Assembly (NCBI RefSeq): GCF_000012925.1
Contig: NC_007517.1
Location: forward strand, 60,001-92,000
Source: Geobacter metallireducens GS-15
GTDB taxonomy: Bacteria; Desulfobacterota; Desulfuromonadia; Geobacterales; Geobacteraceae
Reading direction: 5' to 3'
Length of the DNA: 32,000 nt
Positions within the stretch are counted from its first letter, which is position 1, and each line of letters starts with the position of its first letter. The translations under genes were made by a program, and so were the position numbers. Below, piece by piece: positions 17,504-28,505 of the stretch. The notes below the pieces were generated by a model, which saw nothing but the letters and a program-made list of their open reading frames with translations, had not been told where the DNA came from and did not search any database.

Positions 17504-18559
17504 ATGGACCCCGTACGCCATTTTAAAATTTCCATAGCTGTTCTGCTGCTCCTCGTCTCTGTCGGGACGGCCGGCTACATGGCCATTGAGGGGTGGCAGT
17601 TCCTCGACGCTCTCTACATGACGGTCATCACCCTCGGCACCGTGGGTTTCAAGGAGGTCCACGACCTAAGCAATGCGGGGAAGATATTCACCATCGGGTT
17701 GATAATTTTCGGGGTGAGCGTTCTCGGCTACATCGTCGGCAGTCTCGCCCAGATCATGTTCGAGGGGCAGATACAGCGGATCATCGGGAGGAAGAAGGTG
17801 GAGCGAAAGATAGAGGCCCTGCATGACCACTACATCATCTGCGGCTTTGGCCGGATCGGCGCCCTCATCTGCCGGGAATTCGCGGCCAAGCCGATGCCGT
17901 TTCTGGTCATCGAGAAGCATCCGGAGGTGCACGAGAAACTGCACCATGAGGAGTACCTCCACATCCGGGGCGACGCCACCGAGGACGAGACGCTGCTGCG
18001 GGCCGGGATCAAGCGGGCCAAGGGGCTGATCTCGGTGGTCACCTCCGATACGGAGAACGTCTACATAACCCTCACGGCCCGGGGGCTCAACCCCGACCTC
18101 TTTATTCTGGCCCGCTCCGGCGAGGAGGGGTCCGAACTCAAGCTCAAGCGGGCCGGCGCCAACAAGGTGGTTTCGCCGTACGTCATCGGCGGGAGCCGGA
18201 TGGCCCAGGCGATCCTTCGCCCCAACGTGGTGGATTTCATCGAGATCGCCACGGGCCGGGAGCACCTGGATCTTCAGATGGAGGAGATTCAAATTCCCGA
18301 GAAATCAGCCTTTATTGGCGAGAACCTGGTAACTTCCGGATTCCGCAAGGAGACCGGCGTCATCATTGTGGGGATAAAAAAGGCCTCGGGCAAGATGGTT
18401 TTCAACCCGAATCCCCACACCAAGATAGAAGCCCTCGACACCCTTATCGTCCTCGGCGAACCGGTGGCTATTACAAAGCTGGAGCAACTGGTCGCCTGCG
18501 AATCGTGCGCCGATACGATCATCAAAAAACACCGAAAAGAGCACCCCGATCATGTCTAA
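17504..18559 (+). CDS. Two-TM pore-loop cation channel with a cytoplasmic RCK (TrkA-N + TrkA-C) domain
   Basis: M1 [20 protein letters not shown], pore region [17 protein letters not shown]2 [19 protein letters not shown], Rossmann motif IICGFGRIG, and a TrkA-C-like end. Confidence 0.85.
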   Translation: MDPVRHFKISIAVLLLLVSVGTAGYMAIEGWQFLDALYMTVITLGTVGFKEVHDLSNAGKIFTIGLIIFGVSVLGYIVGSLAQIMFEGQIQRIIGRKKVERKIEALHDHYIICGFGRIGALICREFAAKPMPFLVIEKHPEVHEKLHHEEYLHIRGDATEDETLLRAGIKRAKGLISVVTSDTENVYITLTARGLNPDLFILARSGEEGSELKLKRAGANKVVSPYVIGGSRMAQAILRPNVVDFIEIATGREHLDLQMEEIQIPEKSAFIGENLVTSGFRKETGVIIVGIKKASGKMVFNPNPHTKIEALDTLIVLGEPVAITKLEQLVACESCADTIIKKHRKEHPDHV

Positions 18560-19322
18560 TTGCGTCTATGCCCACGTCCCCTATTCGATGCTGGCGGCAA
18601 ACCTGCCAGCCATTATCTCCCGGCGTATCAACCCGGAGATATTTTTTTCCGGCGATACCCTCGATACCCTCGTCCCCGAGGAAGTGGGCGCAATCGCCGG
18701 GCAGCTGGCCGAGGCGGGGCTCCGCTGTACCTTCCACGGGGCCTTTATCGACCTGAATCCCGGGTCGGTGGAGCGCCTCATCCGCGAGGCGACCATGCAC
18801 CGCTTCGGGCAGGTGCTGGATGCGGCGCAAATCCTCAAACCCGACGTCATCGTCTTCCATCCGGGATACGACAAGTGGCGCTATGGTGAGAGCCAGGACA
18901 AGTGGCTTGCCCACAGCATTGTCGCGTGGCGGCAGGTGCTTGAGCGGACCGACTCCCTCGGCACCACCATCGCAGTGGAGAACATCTTCGAGGAGGAGCC
19001 GTCGACCCTGAAGGCGCTTTTTGAGGCAATCGACCACCCCCGTCTGCGGCACTGCTTCGACGTGGGGCACTGGAACCTGTTCCACACCGTGGGGATGGAG
19101 GAGTGGTTCGCCGAACTGGGCTCTTTCGTGGCCGAGGCCCATATCCACGACAATTTCGGCAAACGGGATGACCACCTACCCCTTGGGGAGGCAGCCATCG
19201 ACTTTGACCTCTTTTTCTCCCTCATGGAGCGTTACGCCCCCGGCGCCGCGTGGACCATCGAGGCCCATTGCCGCGACGCCCTCGACCGGGCGCTGGTCGC
19301 CATCGAGAAATACCGCACGTGA
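18552..19322 (+). CDS. Sugar phosphate isomerase/epimerase (xylose isomerase-like TIM barrel) family protein
   Basis: [26 protein letters not shown] and AHIHDN metal-ligand-type motifs. It overlaps the channel gene by 8 nt. Confidence 0.75.
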   Translation: MSNCVYAHVPYSMLAANLPAIISRRINPEIFFSGDTLDTLVPEEVGAIAGQLAEAGLRCTFHGAFIDLNPGSVERLIREATMHRFGQVLDAAQILKPDVIVFHPGYDKWRYGESQDKWLAHSIVAWRQVLERTDSLGTTIAVENIFEEEPSTLKALFEAIDHPRLRHCFDVGHWNLFHTVGMEEWFAELGSFVAEAHIHDNFGKRDDHLPLGEAAIDFDLFFSLMERYAPGAAWTIEAHCRDALDRALVAIEKYRT

Positions 19323-19327
19323 CCATG

Positions 19328-19348
19328 GCCCGCGCAAGCGGGCTTTTT
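19328..19348 (+). terminator. Intrinsic terminator
   Basis: GCCCGC-gcaa-GCGGGC followed by TTTTT, 6 nt after the stop codon. Confidence 0.8.
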
Positions 19349-19367
19349 CATGGATTTCTGTGGAGGG

Positions 19368-20852
19368 CTACAGATAGGGGGAGAAGAGCTTGGCCACCCC
19401 GTCCCGCAGCTTTTCCGGCAGGGGGCGGTTGTCCATTTGCTCGAGGGTTACCTCGCGGGACCGGGCCAGCACGCCGGCTACATGCTTGGTCAGGGTTCCG
19501 GCGAATTCCCGGTCATAGACCTCCAGGTTCAGCTCGAAGTTGAGGCGGAGGCTGCGGGGATCGAGATTGGCGGAGCCGATGAGGCTCCAGAGGCCGTCCA
19601 CAATGAAGAGCTTGGTGTGGACGAAGGGGGGAGGTTGGTAGAAGACCCGGATCCCCTGCTGGAGGAGCTCCCAGAGGTAGGCCCGGGAGGCCCAGTGGAC
19701 AAAGGGAAGGTTGTTCTTCTCGGGGAGGACGAGAGTCACTTCCACGCCACGCAGGGCAGTGGTGACAAGGGCTGCCACCAGTGCCCGGTCGGGAATGAAA
19801 TAGGGGGTCATGATCTGCACCTGCCGGGTGGCGCAGGAGAGTGCCCCCATGAGGATCAGGAAGAGCTTGCGGAACTCCTTGTCGGGGCCGTCGCCGATGG
19901 CCCGGGATATGGCGTGCCCCGCCGCGGGGAGGGGGGGGAAGTGGTGCCGGTTGTCCAGGAGCTCTCCGGAAACGAAGTACCAGTCTTCCAGGAAGATCTG
20001 TTGAAGCTCGCCCACCACCGGCCCTGCGACGGCAAAGTGCAGATCCTTCACCACCGTCGGGAGCGGCCGCTCCACCATGTGGCGGTCACCGATGTTCATC
20101 CCTCCCGTGAACGCCCGTTCCCCGTCTATAATCAGCATTTTCCTGTGGTTGCGCAGATTCATGTAAAACCCCTGCCTCAACGGCAGGAAGCGGGCGACCC
20201 GGATGCCGGTCCTCTCCATGAGCGTTCGGGCACGGGGGAAGGAATACTTTTCGCCGAGGCCGTCGATGATGACCCGCACGTCGACCCCCCGCCTCGCGGC
20301 GTCGGCCAGGGCATCGATGAAGCGGCGACCCGCGGCGTCCGAGTCGAAGATGTAGGTGGAGAGGTGGATCGACCGGCGGGCGCCGGCGATGGCTTCGAGC
20401 ATGGCAGGATAGGCACCTTCGCCGTTTACCAGGGGGGTGAACCGATTTCCCGTCACGAGGGGAGTGCTCACCACCCGGTCGGCCAGACGGCGGAGCTCGC
20501 TCAGGTACTCGGCGCCGGGGGGGAGGGCCGTGGCGGTGTTCTGTTCGAGGGTCGATTTGAAGAACTCGGGGTCGGCCAGGCGACGGCCACTTTCGAGCCA
20601 TGTACGGGCGCGGCGGAAGATCCGGTTGACCCCCATCCCCCAGTAAAAAAAGGGGCCGAGCAGGGGGATGGTGAGGCAGGTGACGATCCACCCCAGGGAG
20701 GAACGGGGATCGCGCTTCATGATCAAGGCGTGCCCTGCCGAAAAGAGCGAGAGGGCAATGAGGGCCGCTGTTCCCAGTGCTAAGGCCAGTTCGTCGATCA
20801 CATCACCTCTCCATAACAAGATGCACAAAAACCGCGGCGGGTCGGCCGGCAC
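19368..20852 (-). CDS. cls: Cardiolipin synthase (two-HKD phospholipase D family)
   Basis: HKD motifs HRKMLIIDGERAFTGGMNIGD and HTKLFIVDGLWSLIGSANLD, with two N-terminal TM segments. An alternative GTG start at 20801 is preceded by GGAGAGG. Confidence 0.9.
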   Translation of the reverse strand: MPADPPRFLCILLWRGDVIDELALALGTAALIALSLFSAGHALIMKRDPRSSLGWIVTCLTIPLLGPFFYWGMGVNRIFRRARTWLESGRRLADPEFFKSTLEQNTATALPPGAEYLSELRRLADRVVSTPLVTGNRFTPLVNGEGAYPAMLEAIAGARRSIHLSTYIFDSDAAGRRFIDALADAARRGVDVRVIIDGLGEKYSFPRARTLMERTGIRVARFLPLRQGFYMNLRNHRKMLIIDGERAFTGGMNIGDRHMVERPLPTVVKDLHFAVAGPVVGELQQIFLEDWYFVSGELLDNRHHFPPLPAAGHAISRAIGDGPDKEFRKLFLILMGALSCATRQVQIMTPYFIPDRALVAALVTTALRGVEVTLVLPEKNNLPFVHWASRAYLWELLQQGIRVFYQPPPFVHTKLFIVDGLWSLIGSANLDPRSLRLNFELNLEVYDREFAGTLTKHVAGVLARSREVTLEQMDNRPLPEKLRDGVAKLFSPYL

Positions 20853-20907
20853 ACGTCAAGGTTAGCTCACCGTCCGGTCAAGTCAAGCAGCAGGCCGAAG
20901 CCGTTTC

Positions 20908-20936
20908 TTGAGGTTTCGGGCGGGAATTACTATACT
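20908..20936 (+). promoter_or_regulatory. Sigma70-type promoter of rsmB
   Basis: TTGAGG (20908-20913), a 17-nt spacer, then TATACT (20931-20936). Confidence 0.5.
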
Positions 20937-20967
20937 CAGAACCAATACAACGATAAAGGAATTATCC

Positions 20968-22308
20968 GTGACGAGAAGCAATCCGCGCCGAACGGCGCTC
21001 GACATCCTTCTGCGGGTCGAACGGGACCGCGCCTTTGCCGAGCAGCTCCTGGACCGGGAGCTTTCCCTGGGGACCCTTACGGGGCCCGACCGGGGGCTTC
21101 TGACTGAGCTGGTCTACGGGGTGCTCCGCCGCCAGGGAACCCTCGACTTTCTGGTGGACGCCTTTGCCGCCAGCCGCAGCGGCAAGCTGGAGCGGGCGAT
21201 CCTGGTCATCCTTCGGCTCGGGCTCTATCAGCTCTTCTTCCTGGACCGGATCCCCACTTCGGCCGCCGTGAACGAATCGGTGAACCTGGCCAAGGCCGTG
21301 GCGCCCCGGGCCGCGGGGTTCGTGAACGCGGTGCTGCGCCGGGCCGACCGGGAGCGGGACTCCCTCCCCTGGCCCGATCGCGGGGCTGACCCCGCTGCCT
21401 ACATCGCGGTGCGTCACTCCCATCCCCGCTGGCTCGTGGAGCAGTGGATCGAGCAGCTCGGCATCCCGGAAGCGGAGGAGCTTGCGGTCGCCATGGCCGA
21501 GCAGGCCCCCCTTACCATCCGGGTCAATACGCTGAAGACCACCCGAGAGGCCTTCATGGAGGAGCTTGCCGCCGCCGGGATCACGGCTGAGCCCACCGTC
21601 TGGGCGCCCCACGGGGTTCGCATCCTCTCCCGTACGGCAGTCACCACCCTTCCCGGCTTTGCCGAGGGGCTCTTTACGGTGCAGGACGAGTCGTCGCAGC
21701 TGGCGGCGTTTTTTCTCGATCCCCAACCCGGCGAGCGGATTCTCGACGTCTGTGCCGCCCCCGGGGGCAAGGCCACGTACCTGGCCCAGCTCATGGAAAA
21801 CCGGGGAGAGGTCCTGGCCTGCGACATCTCGGCCAAGAAGCTCCGGCTCGTGGCCGAGGCTGCGGCCCGGCTCGGCATCGGCATCATCCGCACCATGGCC
21901 GGCGACGCAACGAAGCCCGGTGCCGGTGAGCCCCCCTTCGACCGGATCCTCCTCGATGCCCCCTGTTCGGGATTCGGCGTCATCCGCCGCAATCCCGAGG
22001 GGAAGTGGTGGAAGACCCCCGACGATCTGGCCCGTCTCGCCGCCACCCAGCGGAACATCCTCGCTGCCGTCGCCCCGAGGCTCCGGCCCGGCGGGGTCCT
22101 CCTCTACTCCACCTGCTCGACCATGGTGGCCGAGGACGAAGACGTCGTGGATGATTTCCTTTCCCGGCACGAAGATTTTGTGTTAGAAGATTTGAATGCC
22201 ATTTCCCCCGATTTTCCCGGACAATTTACCGGTCGGGGGCATTTCCGGAGCTGGCCCCACCGGCACGGCATGGACGGTTTTTTCGCCGCCCGGATCAGAA
22301 AGCTCTAG
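20968..22308 (+). CDS. rsmB: 16S rRNA (cytosine967-C5)-methyltransferase
   Basis: NusB-like N-terminus, FTVQDESSQL, DVCAAPGGKATY and DAPCSGFGVIRRNPE. The GTG at 20968 follows AAAGGA at 7 nt. The ORF-track TTG at 20908 coincides with the -35 element. Confidence 0.9.
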   Translation: MTRSNPRRTALDILLRVERDRAFAEQLLDRELSLGTLTGPDRGLLTELVYGVLRRQGTLDFLVDAFAASRSGKLERAILVILRLGLYQLFFLDRIPTSAAVNESVNLAKAVAPRAAGFVNAVLRRADRERDSLPWPDRGADPAAYIAVRHSHPRWLVEQWIEQLGIPEAEELAVAMAEQAPLTIRVNTLKTTREAFMEELAAAGITAEPTVWAPHGVRILSRTAVTTLPGFAEGLFTVQDESSQLAAFFLDPQPGERILDVCAAPGGKATYLAQLMENRGEVLACDISAKKLRLVAEAAARLGIGIIRTMAGDATKPGAGEPPFDRILLDAPCSGFGVIRRNPEGKWWKTPDDLARLAATQRNILAAVAPRLRPGGVLLYSTCSTMVAEDEDVVDDFLSRHEDFVLEDLNAISPDFPGQFTGRGHFRSWPHRHGMDGFFAARIRKL

Positions 22309-22323
22309 CACGTGGAGGATGCA

Positions 22324-22989
22324 ATGAAGAAGATAGCGCCATCAATTCTGTCCGCCGATTTTTCCCGGCTCGGCGACGAGGTCAGGGCCGTGGCAGCCGC
22401 CGGGGCCGACTATATCCACGTGGACGTCATGGACGGGCACTTCGTGCCCAACATCACCATCGGTCCCCCGGTGGTGGAGGCGGTCCGGAAGGTGACCGAA
22501 CTTCCCCTCGACGTGCACCTCATGATCGAAAACCCCGACCGCTACATTCCCGATTTCGCCAAGGCCGGCTCCGACATCATCGTCGTTCATGCCGAGGCAT
22601 CGGTTCACCTCCACCGGACCATCCAGCTCATCAAGTCCCTGGGAAAAAAGGCAGGGGTATCCCTTAACCCGGCCACCCCCCTGTCGGTCCTGGAGTATGT
22701 CCTTGACGAACTGGACCTGGTCCTCCTCATGACCGTCAACCCCGGCTTTGGGGGACAGTCATTCATCGAGGCCTGCCTGCCGAAGATCCAGGCCCTGCGG
22801 GCCATGCTCGACCGGCGGGGATGCAATGCCGAACTGGAAGTGGACGGCGGCGTGAAGATCGACAACATCGACCGGATCGCCCATGCGGGAGCCAATGTCT
22901 TCGTGGCCGGAAGCGCCGTTTTCGGAAGCAAAGATTACAAGGAAACAATAAAAGAACTAAAGCGCCGGGCAAAAGAGCCGATACTGTAA
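22324..22989 (+). CDS. rpe: Ribulose-phosphate 3-epimerase
   Basis: [17 protein letters not shown] and [16 protein letters not shown]. The ATG at 22324 follows GGAGGA. Confidence 0.93.
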   Translation: MKKIAPSILSADFSRLGDEVRAVAAAGADYIHVDVMDGHFVPNITIGPPVVEAVRKVTELPLDVHLMIENPDRYIPDFAKAGSDIIVVHAEASVHLHRTIQLIKSLGKKAGVSLNPATPLSVLEYVLDELDLVLLMTVNPGFGGQSFIEACLPKIQALRAMLDRRGCNAELEVDGGVKIDNIDRIAHAGANVFVAGSAVFGSKDYKETIKELKRRAKEPIL

Positions 22990-23026
22990 CTACGTGTCGT
23001 GCACGTTATTCGACAAGCGTTTAGAA

Positions 23027-23611
23027 ATGACAGAGTTGGTTGTCAAGCAGAGTGAACTCCCGGAGCGGATCAGGACCGCCCTGGCAAACCGGAAGCGGGT
23101 ACCCATGGCGCCGGGGCCGGTTCCGGCCGCCATCCTCGTTCCCCTCTTCCTGGAGGGGGGTGAGTACCATATCCTCTTTACCAAGAGGGCGGAGCACCTG
23201 AACCATCACCGGGGAGAGATTTCCTTCCCCGGCGGGGTACGCCACCCCGACGACGGGGGCCCCCGCGAGACGGCCCTGCGGGAGACCTGGGAAGAAGTTG
23301 GCATCAGACCGGGGGATGTGGACGTGCTGGGGGAACTGGATGATTATTTCTCCATCCACAACTACCTGGTGACGCCGGTGGTGGGGATCTTCCCTCCCCG
23401 CTACCCGCTGGAAGTGAACCCGGACGAAATCGAGCGGATCATCACGGTGCCGCTGACGCATCTCCTCAGGCCGGAAATCTTTCGGGTCGAGGATTGGAAC
23501 TGGAAGGGACGTACCCATCCGGTCTGTTTTTTCACGTACGAAGGGGACGAGATCTGGGGGCTGACCGCTGCCATCCTCAAGCAGTTCCTGGATCTGACGT
23601 TCCAGCGGTAA
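23027..23611 (+). CDS. NUDIX hydrolase, CoA pyrophosphatase-like
   Basis: Nudix box FPGGVRHPDDGGPRETALRETWEEVGI. The start is uncertain: ATG at 23027 or GTG at 22994, and neither has a clear Shine-Dalgarno sequence. Confidence 0.75.
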   Translation: MTELVVKQSELPERIRTALANRKRVPMAPGPVPAAILVPLFLEGGEYHILFTKRAEHLNHHRGEISFPGGVRHPDDGGPRETALRETWEEVGIRPGDVDVLGELDDYFSIHNYLVTPVVGIFPPRYPLEVNPDEIERIITVPLTHLLRPEIFRVEDWNWKGRTHPVCFFTYEGDEIWGLTAAILKQFLDLTFQR

Positions 23612-23665
23612 CGTGTGGAGCAGGAGAAATCGCGTAGCCAGGTGCTACGGGAGCATAGGGCTGAA

Positions 23666-24610
23666 ATGAAGAAGACAGTCTTGGTTATCGACGACTCGGA
23701 CACCCTGCGGGAGGAGATCCTCCGGTCACTCCGGGGAGTATCCCTTTTCGACACCTACCTGGAGGCCGGTGACGGGCTTGACGGGTTCAAGGTTCTCCTC
23801 AACAACCGGGTGGACCTGGTCCTCTGCGACCTGGAAATGCCGCGGATGGACGGCTTCCGTTTTCTTACCATGATGCGGGCCCGGGAGGAGTTTCAGGACC
23901 TGCCGGTCATCATCCTGACGGGGCGTGAGGACCGGGACACGAAGATTCGTGGCCTTGAGCAGGGGGCTTCCGACTTCGTGACCAAACCGTTCGACACCGG
24001 GGAACTGGTGGCCCGGGTGCGGGTCCAACTCAAGATGAAGGGACTTCAGGACGAGTTGAAGCGCTCCAACGAGATGCTGCGTACCCTCTCCATCACCGAT
24101 CCCCTGACCCACCTCCACAACCGCCGCCACCTCATGGAGATGGTGGATAAGGAGTTCCAGCGCTCCTCCCGCAAGGGGGCGCCCCTCTCCCTCGTCATCC
24201 TCGACATCGACTACTTCAAGAAAATCAACGATACCTACGGGCACCAGGAGGGGGACCGGGTCCTCACCATCCTGGCCGACATCGTCCGAAGGCGGCTTCG
24301 GAGCTACGACCTCGCGGCCCGCTACGGCGGGGAAGAGTTCGTGCTGCTGCTGCCGGAAACTCCCGTCCAAGAGGCCCTCTCCATAGCTGAGCGGTTGCGG
24401 CTGGAGGTTCAGGAACATGTCTTCGAGGGAAGCCTCGGGGGGCTGGTGATAACCATCAGTCTTGGCGTGGCCACGTACCCGTCGTCCCGGGTGGAGAGCA
24501 TCGACTCGCTCTTCAGGCAGGCCGACGAGGCACTCTACCGTGCCAAACAGGGGGGACGCAACCGCGTTGAGCTCATGGCAGGGGCAAGCATTGAAAAAGG
24601 GGTGCCTTAA
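23666..24610 (+). CDS. Response regulator receiver + GGDEF diguanylate cyclase (PleD-like)
   Basis: Receiver domain with VLVIDDS and DLVLCDLEMPRMDG. GGDEF domain with TGLxNRR-like THLHNRRH, active-site GGEEF, and an RSYD I-site 5 residues upstream. An alternative GTG start is at 23615. Confidence 0.88.
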   Translation: MKKTVLVIDDSDTLREEILRSLRGVSLFDTYLEAGDGLDGFKVLLNNRVDLVLCDLEMPRMDGFRFLTMMRAREEFQDLPVIILTGREDRDTKIRGLEQGASDFVTKPFDTGELVARVRVQLKMKGLQDELKRSNEMLRTLSITDPLTHLHNRRHLMEMVDKEFQRSSRKGAPLSLVILDIDYFKKINDTYGHQEGDRVLTILADIVRRRLRSYDLAARYGGEEFVLLLPETPVQEALSIAERLRLEVQEHVFEGSLGGLVITISLGVATYPSSRVESIDSLFRQADEALYRAKQGGRNRVELMAGASIEKGVP

Positions 24611-24642
24611 GGCGCTCAGGTGCTCGTTTCTGACTGACGGAA

Positions 24643-25314
24643 TTATGATGCCGGCCGTTCCGTAACGTGGCTTCGACAGAAGAGGTGGAGGCCACAGCCG
24701 GGGCAGAGGGGGCGCTTGCGGCAGTGGCGCTTGCCGTGCTCCACGATGAGGGCGTGGTACTCGTTGAAGAGCCGGACGTCGGGCGGCAGGTTGGCCATGA
24801 AGAGATCTCGCACCTCATCGTAGCCGGCCGACCCGTTCAGAATCCCCAGGGCCGCGAAGAGACGCTTCGTGTAGGCATCCACCACGAAGGTCGGTTTCCC
24901 CCCCGCGTAGAGAAGGATCGAATCAGCGGTCTCCGGGCCGATCCCCCGCACCCCCAGCAGTTCCTCCCGCAACGCGTGCCAATCCCCTGCGAACATCCGC
25001 TCCAGGCTTCCCCCGTGCCGTTCCCAGAGATACCCCGCGAAATCCTTGAGCCGGAGGCTCTTCACATTGAAGTACCCGGCCGGCCGGATGGCCTCCGCCA
25101 GGGAGGCGGCCGGCACGTCGCGGAGGGCTTCGGGGGAGAGGAGGCTCTCACGCTTCAGGTTTGAGATGGCTTTTTCCACGTTTCCCCAGTTGGTGTTCTG
25201 GGTCAGGATTGCGCCGACGCAGACCTCGAAGGGGGTGTCGGCGGGCCACCAGTGGCGGGGTCCGTAGGCGGCATGGAGGATGTCGAAGATCTCCTGCAGG
25301 ACCGCGTCGAGCAT
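24643..25314 (-). CDS. Endonuclease III-like HhH-GPD DNA glycosylase family protein with a C-terminal [4Fe-4S] motif
   Basis: Helix-hairpin-helix LLGVRGIGPETADSILLYA, catalytic-Asp region VVDAYTKR, and cluster motif CRKRPLCPGCGLHLFC (C-x6-C-x2-C-x5-C). The start ATG shares one base with the glnE stop (TGATG). Confidence 0.8.
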   Translation of the reverse strand: MLDAVLQEIFDILHAAYGPRHWWPADTPFEVCVGAILTQNTNWGNVEKAISNLKRESLLSPEALRDVPAASLAEAIRPAGYFNVKSLRLKDFAGYLWERHGGSLERMFAGDWHALREELLGVRGIGPETADSILLYAGGKPTFVVDAYTKRLFAALGILNGSAGYDEVRDLFMANLPPDVRLFNEYHALIVEHGKRHCRKRPLCPGCGLHLFCRSHVTERPAS

Positions 25315-28300
25315 CAGGCCGTCCCGCCGGGGGAGTCTCCCCCCATAATCCGCTCGTAGATCCGCCGCACCGCCTCGGTGGTCTCCTCGTACTCCCGCAT
25401 GAGAAGATCTCCCGGGTGCCGCAGCTTCGGGTCGTAGCCGAGGCGGCGGGCCAGCTTGTCCAGGTACTCCCGGGGACCCCCCAGGTCGTTGATGGAGTAG
25501 TCGTGGATGAGGCGGAGCCGGTTCTCCAGCCGGCGAAGGAACTTGTATCCCGCTTGGAGCGTCGCGAATTCCTCCTCGGTCAGCACCCCGCAGAGCCGCA
25601 TCGCCTTCAGGGCCAGGAGCGTGTTGGTGCTCCGGACCTCGGGGAGATTCACCCCGTGGCAAAGCTGGAGGTACTGGACCATGAACTCGATGTCCACGAT
25701 TCCCCCCCGGCCGGTCTTGATGTTGTAGCTCCCCTCTTTCTCCTTGGCCAGCTCCACCTCCATGCGGGTCCGCAGCCGGTGGATCTCTCCGCGTACCGTC
25801 TCGTCGGCGCCGGAGCCGTAGACCGTTCCCCGCATGACCTCCTCGATCTGGCGCCGCAGGCGCTCGTCGCCAAAGACCACCCGCGCCTTGGTGAGGGCCT
25901 GGCGTTCCCAGACCTGGGCCTCCTCCCGGTGGTAGGTCCGGAACGACTCCAGGGAGGTGACGAGGGGGCCGGCGTTCCCCGAGGGGCGGAGCCGGGTGTC
26001 GATTTTGTAGACATACCCCTCGCGGGTGGGGGTGGTGAGGATGGAGATGATCTTCTGCCCCAGTTTGGCGAAATACTCCCGGTTCGTTATCTGCTTCTCG
26101 CCGTCGGTTTCTCCCTGCTCATCGTAGATGTAGATGATGTCCAGGTCCGAGTGGTAGTTGAGCTCGTTCCCCCCCATTTTCCCCATGGCCACCACGGCGA
26201 AGTGGGCCTGGCGCAGATCGCCGTCGGCGTCCCGGTACATGGGCCTGCCAAAGCGGGCCAGCTCTTTTTTGCCCATGCGGCAGGCGGCGGAGAGGCAGAC
26301 CTCGGCGAGCCCCGTCAGCTGGTAGGTGAGTTCCGACTGCCCCAGCTTGCCGTAGATGTCGGTAAGTCCAATCCGGAGGAATTCTTCGTTGCGGTACCGC
26401 CGCAGGATGTCGAGGCGCTCCTCGTAGTCCACTGCCGCGGCGAGCATCCCTTCCAGTTCTCCTTCCATGGCCTCCCGATCCTTGATGAAGGAGGCGTAGG
26501 AACGGGAGACGAGGCTGTCCAGCAGTTCCGGGTGGCCGATGAAGATCTTGGACAGGAGCTCCGAGGTGGCGAAGAAGGAGACCAGGAGCTTCAGTATCTC
26601 CCGGTTCTCGGCCAGGAGGGCGTAGAAGGAGGAGCGGGAGCCCACGGCGCAGAGGAACCGCTCCAGGTTGGTGAGGGCCATGTCCGGATCGGGGGAGGCA
26701 AAGATCTCCTGGAGGAGGAGCGGTGATATCTGCTCCAGAAGCCGCCGGGACCGCTCGGTGAGATGGGCCCGGGGAGGGCCGTCCCGCAACAGCAGCAGGT
26801 TCTCGTAGGCGGCATCCACGTTCTCGAAGCGCCGCTCCGCCAGCATGTCCTTGATGAAGTCTGGGTCGGCGCCCCGGTCGAAGAAGTAATACGTCTCCGG
26901 CCGCACTTCCTCCTTCAGCTTCTCATCCCGGGAGAGGAAGAGTCCGCCGTAGATGGACGAGACCCGCTCCCGATGCCCCTCCAGGACCTCTCTGAACTTA
27001 GTCAGGCCGTCCTGCCGCAGGTAGCCGCAGCGCCGGGCCAGGGCCAGCATCTCGTCGTCCTTCTTGGGAAGGGAGTGGGTTTGGCGCTCCTGGACCACCT
27101 GGATCCGGTGCTCCACGGTGCGGAGGAACCGGTAGGCCTCGGCCAGGGCCGCAGCATCCTCCTCGGCGATGATGCGGCCGTCCTTCAGGGTCTCCAGGGC
27201 TTTGAGGGAGTTCCGTTCCCGCAGGGCCGGGTTTTTGCCGGCGTAGACGAGCTGGAGCGCCTGGATGAAAAACTCGATCTCCCTGATGCCGCCGCGCCCC
27301 AGCTTGATGTTCAGCTCCCCCTCCTGCTGCCGGGCCAGGGAGGCGTCGATCTTTTTCTTCATGGCCATCATGTCCTCGATCAGGTTGTAATCGAGGTACT
27401 TGCGGTAGATGAAGGGCTCGATGGCGGCCAGGATTCGTTTTCCCAGTTCGATGGAGCCGGCCACGGGGCGGGCCTTGAGCATGGCGGCCCGCTCCCATGA
27501 CTGGCCCCAGTACTCATAGTAGGTGACCGCCGAGTGGAACGAGCAGGCCATGTCGCCGCTCTTCCCCTCGGGGCGAAGCCCCATGTCGACCCGGAAGACG
27601 AAGCCGTCGGCCGTCACCTGGGAGAGCGCCTTGCTGACCATCTCCCCCAGCTTCACGAAGAAGGCGTGGAGGGTGGTCGTGCCCGTTGCCCCTCCCCGGC
27701 CGTCGGGAATGCCTGCCGTCTCCCCCTGGTCCGAGGAGTAGAAGTAGATGAGATCGATGTCCGAGGAGAAGTTCAGTTCCCGGCCGCCGAACTTCCCCAT
27801 ACCCAGGATGGTGAACTCCGCCTCCCGGAGGCCGTCGGGGGTCTCCATGAGGGGGAGGCCGTGCTCGGCCACGAGCTTTTTCCGGGCCACGTCGTGGGCC
27901 ACCTGGAGGGCGGCCGCGGCCAGGGACGACAGCTCCCCCGTTACCTCCTCCAGGGGGGCGACGCCGGTCAGGTCCCGGGCCGCGATCCGGAGGATCTCCA
28001 TGAACTTGAAACGGCGCAGGAGCGGGAAGAGGGCGGCGTAGTCGGTATCCTTCGGCACCTGGGCGCGGAGCTCCGCCAGCATCTCCGTCTCGCTCCGGCG
28101 GATTGCCAGTGCTTTGCGGATAAAGAGATAGTGGAAGTAGGAGGGGTCGCGGCAGAGGATGTTGACCAGGAAGGGGGAGGAGCCGCAGATGGTGAGGAGC
28201 TGGGAGAGCCCGTCCCGCCGGGAGCAGACGTCGAGGAGCTCGTCCCGGTCCGCCACGCCGCTCACCCGCTCCAGCCCGTTCAGGGCCATGTCCGCCTGGG

Positions 28301-28505
28301 GCGCGGCCAGGGAGGCGGCGGCGATGCCGCGGACGAGGCTGTCGGGGAAGACATGCTGAAGGAGGCGGAGGTTCGTGGCCGACCGGGCCGCGTAGGTGAA
28401 CCCCAGCTCCTCCAGGAGCGCCATGAGGAGCTGGTCGTTGTCGATGTCGGGGGAGGTGCCGATGGCCTCCTCCAGGCGGCGGGCCAGGGAATCGGTAGGG
28501 GTCAT
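25314..28505 (-). CDS. glnE: Bifunctional glutamine synthetase adenylyltransferase/adenylyl-removing enzyme
   Basis: Two nucleotidyltransferase modules: [20 protein letters not shown] and [21 protein letters not shown]. The ATG at 28505 overlaps the mtnA stop (ATGA). The longer ORF-track N-terminus lies out of frame inside mtnA. Confidence 0.9.
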   Translation of the reverse strand: MTPTDSLARRLEEAIGTSPDIDNDQLLMALLEELGFTYAARSATNLRLLQHVFPDSLVRGIAAASLAAPQADMALNGLERVSGVADRDELLDVCSRRDGLSQLLTICGSSPFLVNILCRDPSYFHYLFIRKALAIRRSETEMLAELRAQVPKDTDYAALFPLLRRFKFMEILRIAARDLTGVAPLEEVTGELSSLAAAALQVAHDVARKKLVAEHGLPLMETPDGLREAEFTILGMGKFGGRELNFSSDIDLIYFYSSDQGETAGIPDGRGGATGTTTLHAFFVKLGEMVSKALSQVTADGFVFRVDMGLRPEGKSGDMACSFHSAVTYYEYWGQSWERAAMLKARPVAGSIELGKRILAAIEPFIYRKYLDYNLIEDMMAMKKKIDASLARQQEGELNIKLGRGGIREIEFFIQALQLVYAGKNPALRERNSLKALETLKDGRIIAEEDAAALAEAYRFLRTVEHRIQVVQERQTHSLPKKDDEMLALARRCGYLRQDGLTKFREVLEGHRERVSSIYGGLFLSRDEKLKEEVRPETYYFFDRGADPDFIKDMLAERRFENVDAAYENLLLLRDGPPRAHLTERSRRLLEQISPLLLQEIFASPDPDMALTNLERFLCAVGSRSSFYALLAENREILKLLVSFFATSELLSKIFIGHPELLDSLVSRSYASFIKDREAMEGELEGMLAAAVDYEERLDILRRYRNEEFLRIGLTDIYGKLGQSELTYQLTGLAEVCLSAACRMGKKELARFGRPMYRDADGDLRQAHFAVVAMGKMGGNELNYHSDLDIIYIYDEQGETDGEKQITNREYFAKLGQKIISILTTPTREGYVYKIDTRLRPSGNAGPLVTSLESFRTYHREEAQVWERQALTKARVVFGDERLRRQIEEVMRGTVYGSGADETVRGEIHRLRTRMEVELAKEKEGSYNIKTGRGGIVDIEFMVQYLQLCHGVNLPEVRSTNTLLALKAMRLCGVLTEEEFATLQAGYKFLRRLENRLRLIHDYSINDLGGPREYLDKLARRLGYDPKLRHPGDLLMREYEETTEAVRRIYERIMGGDSPGGTA

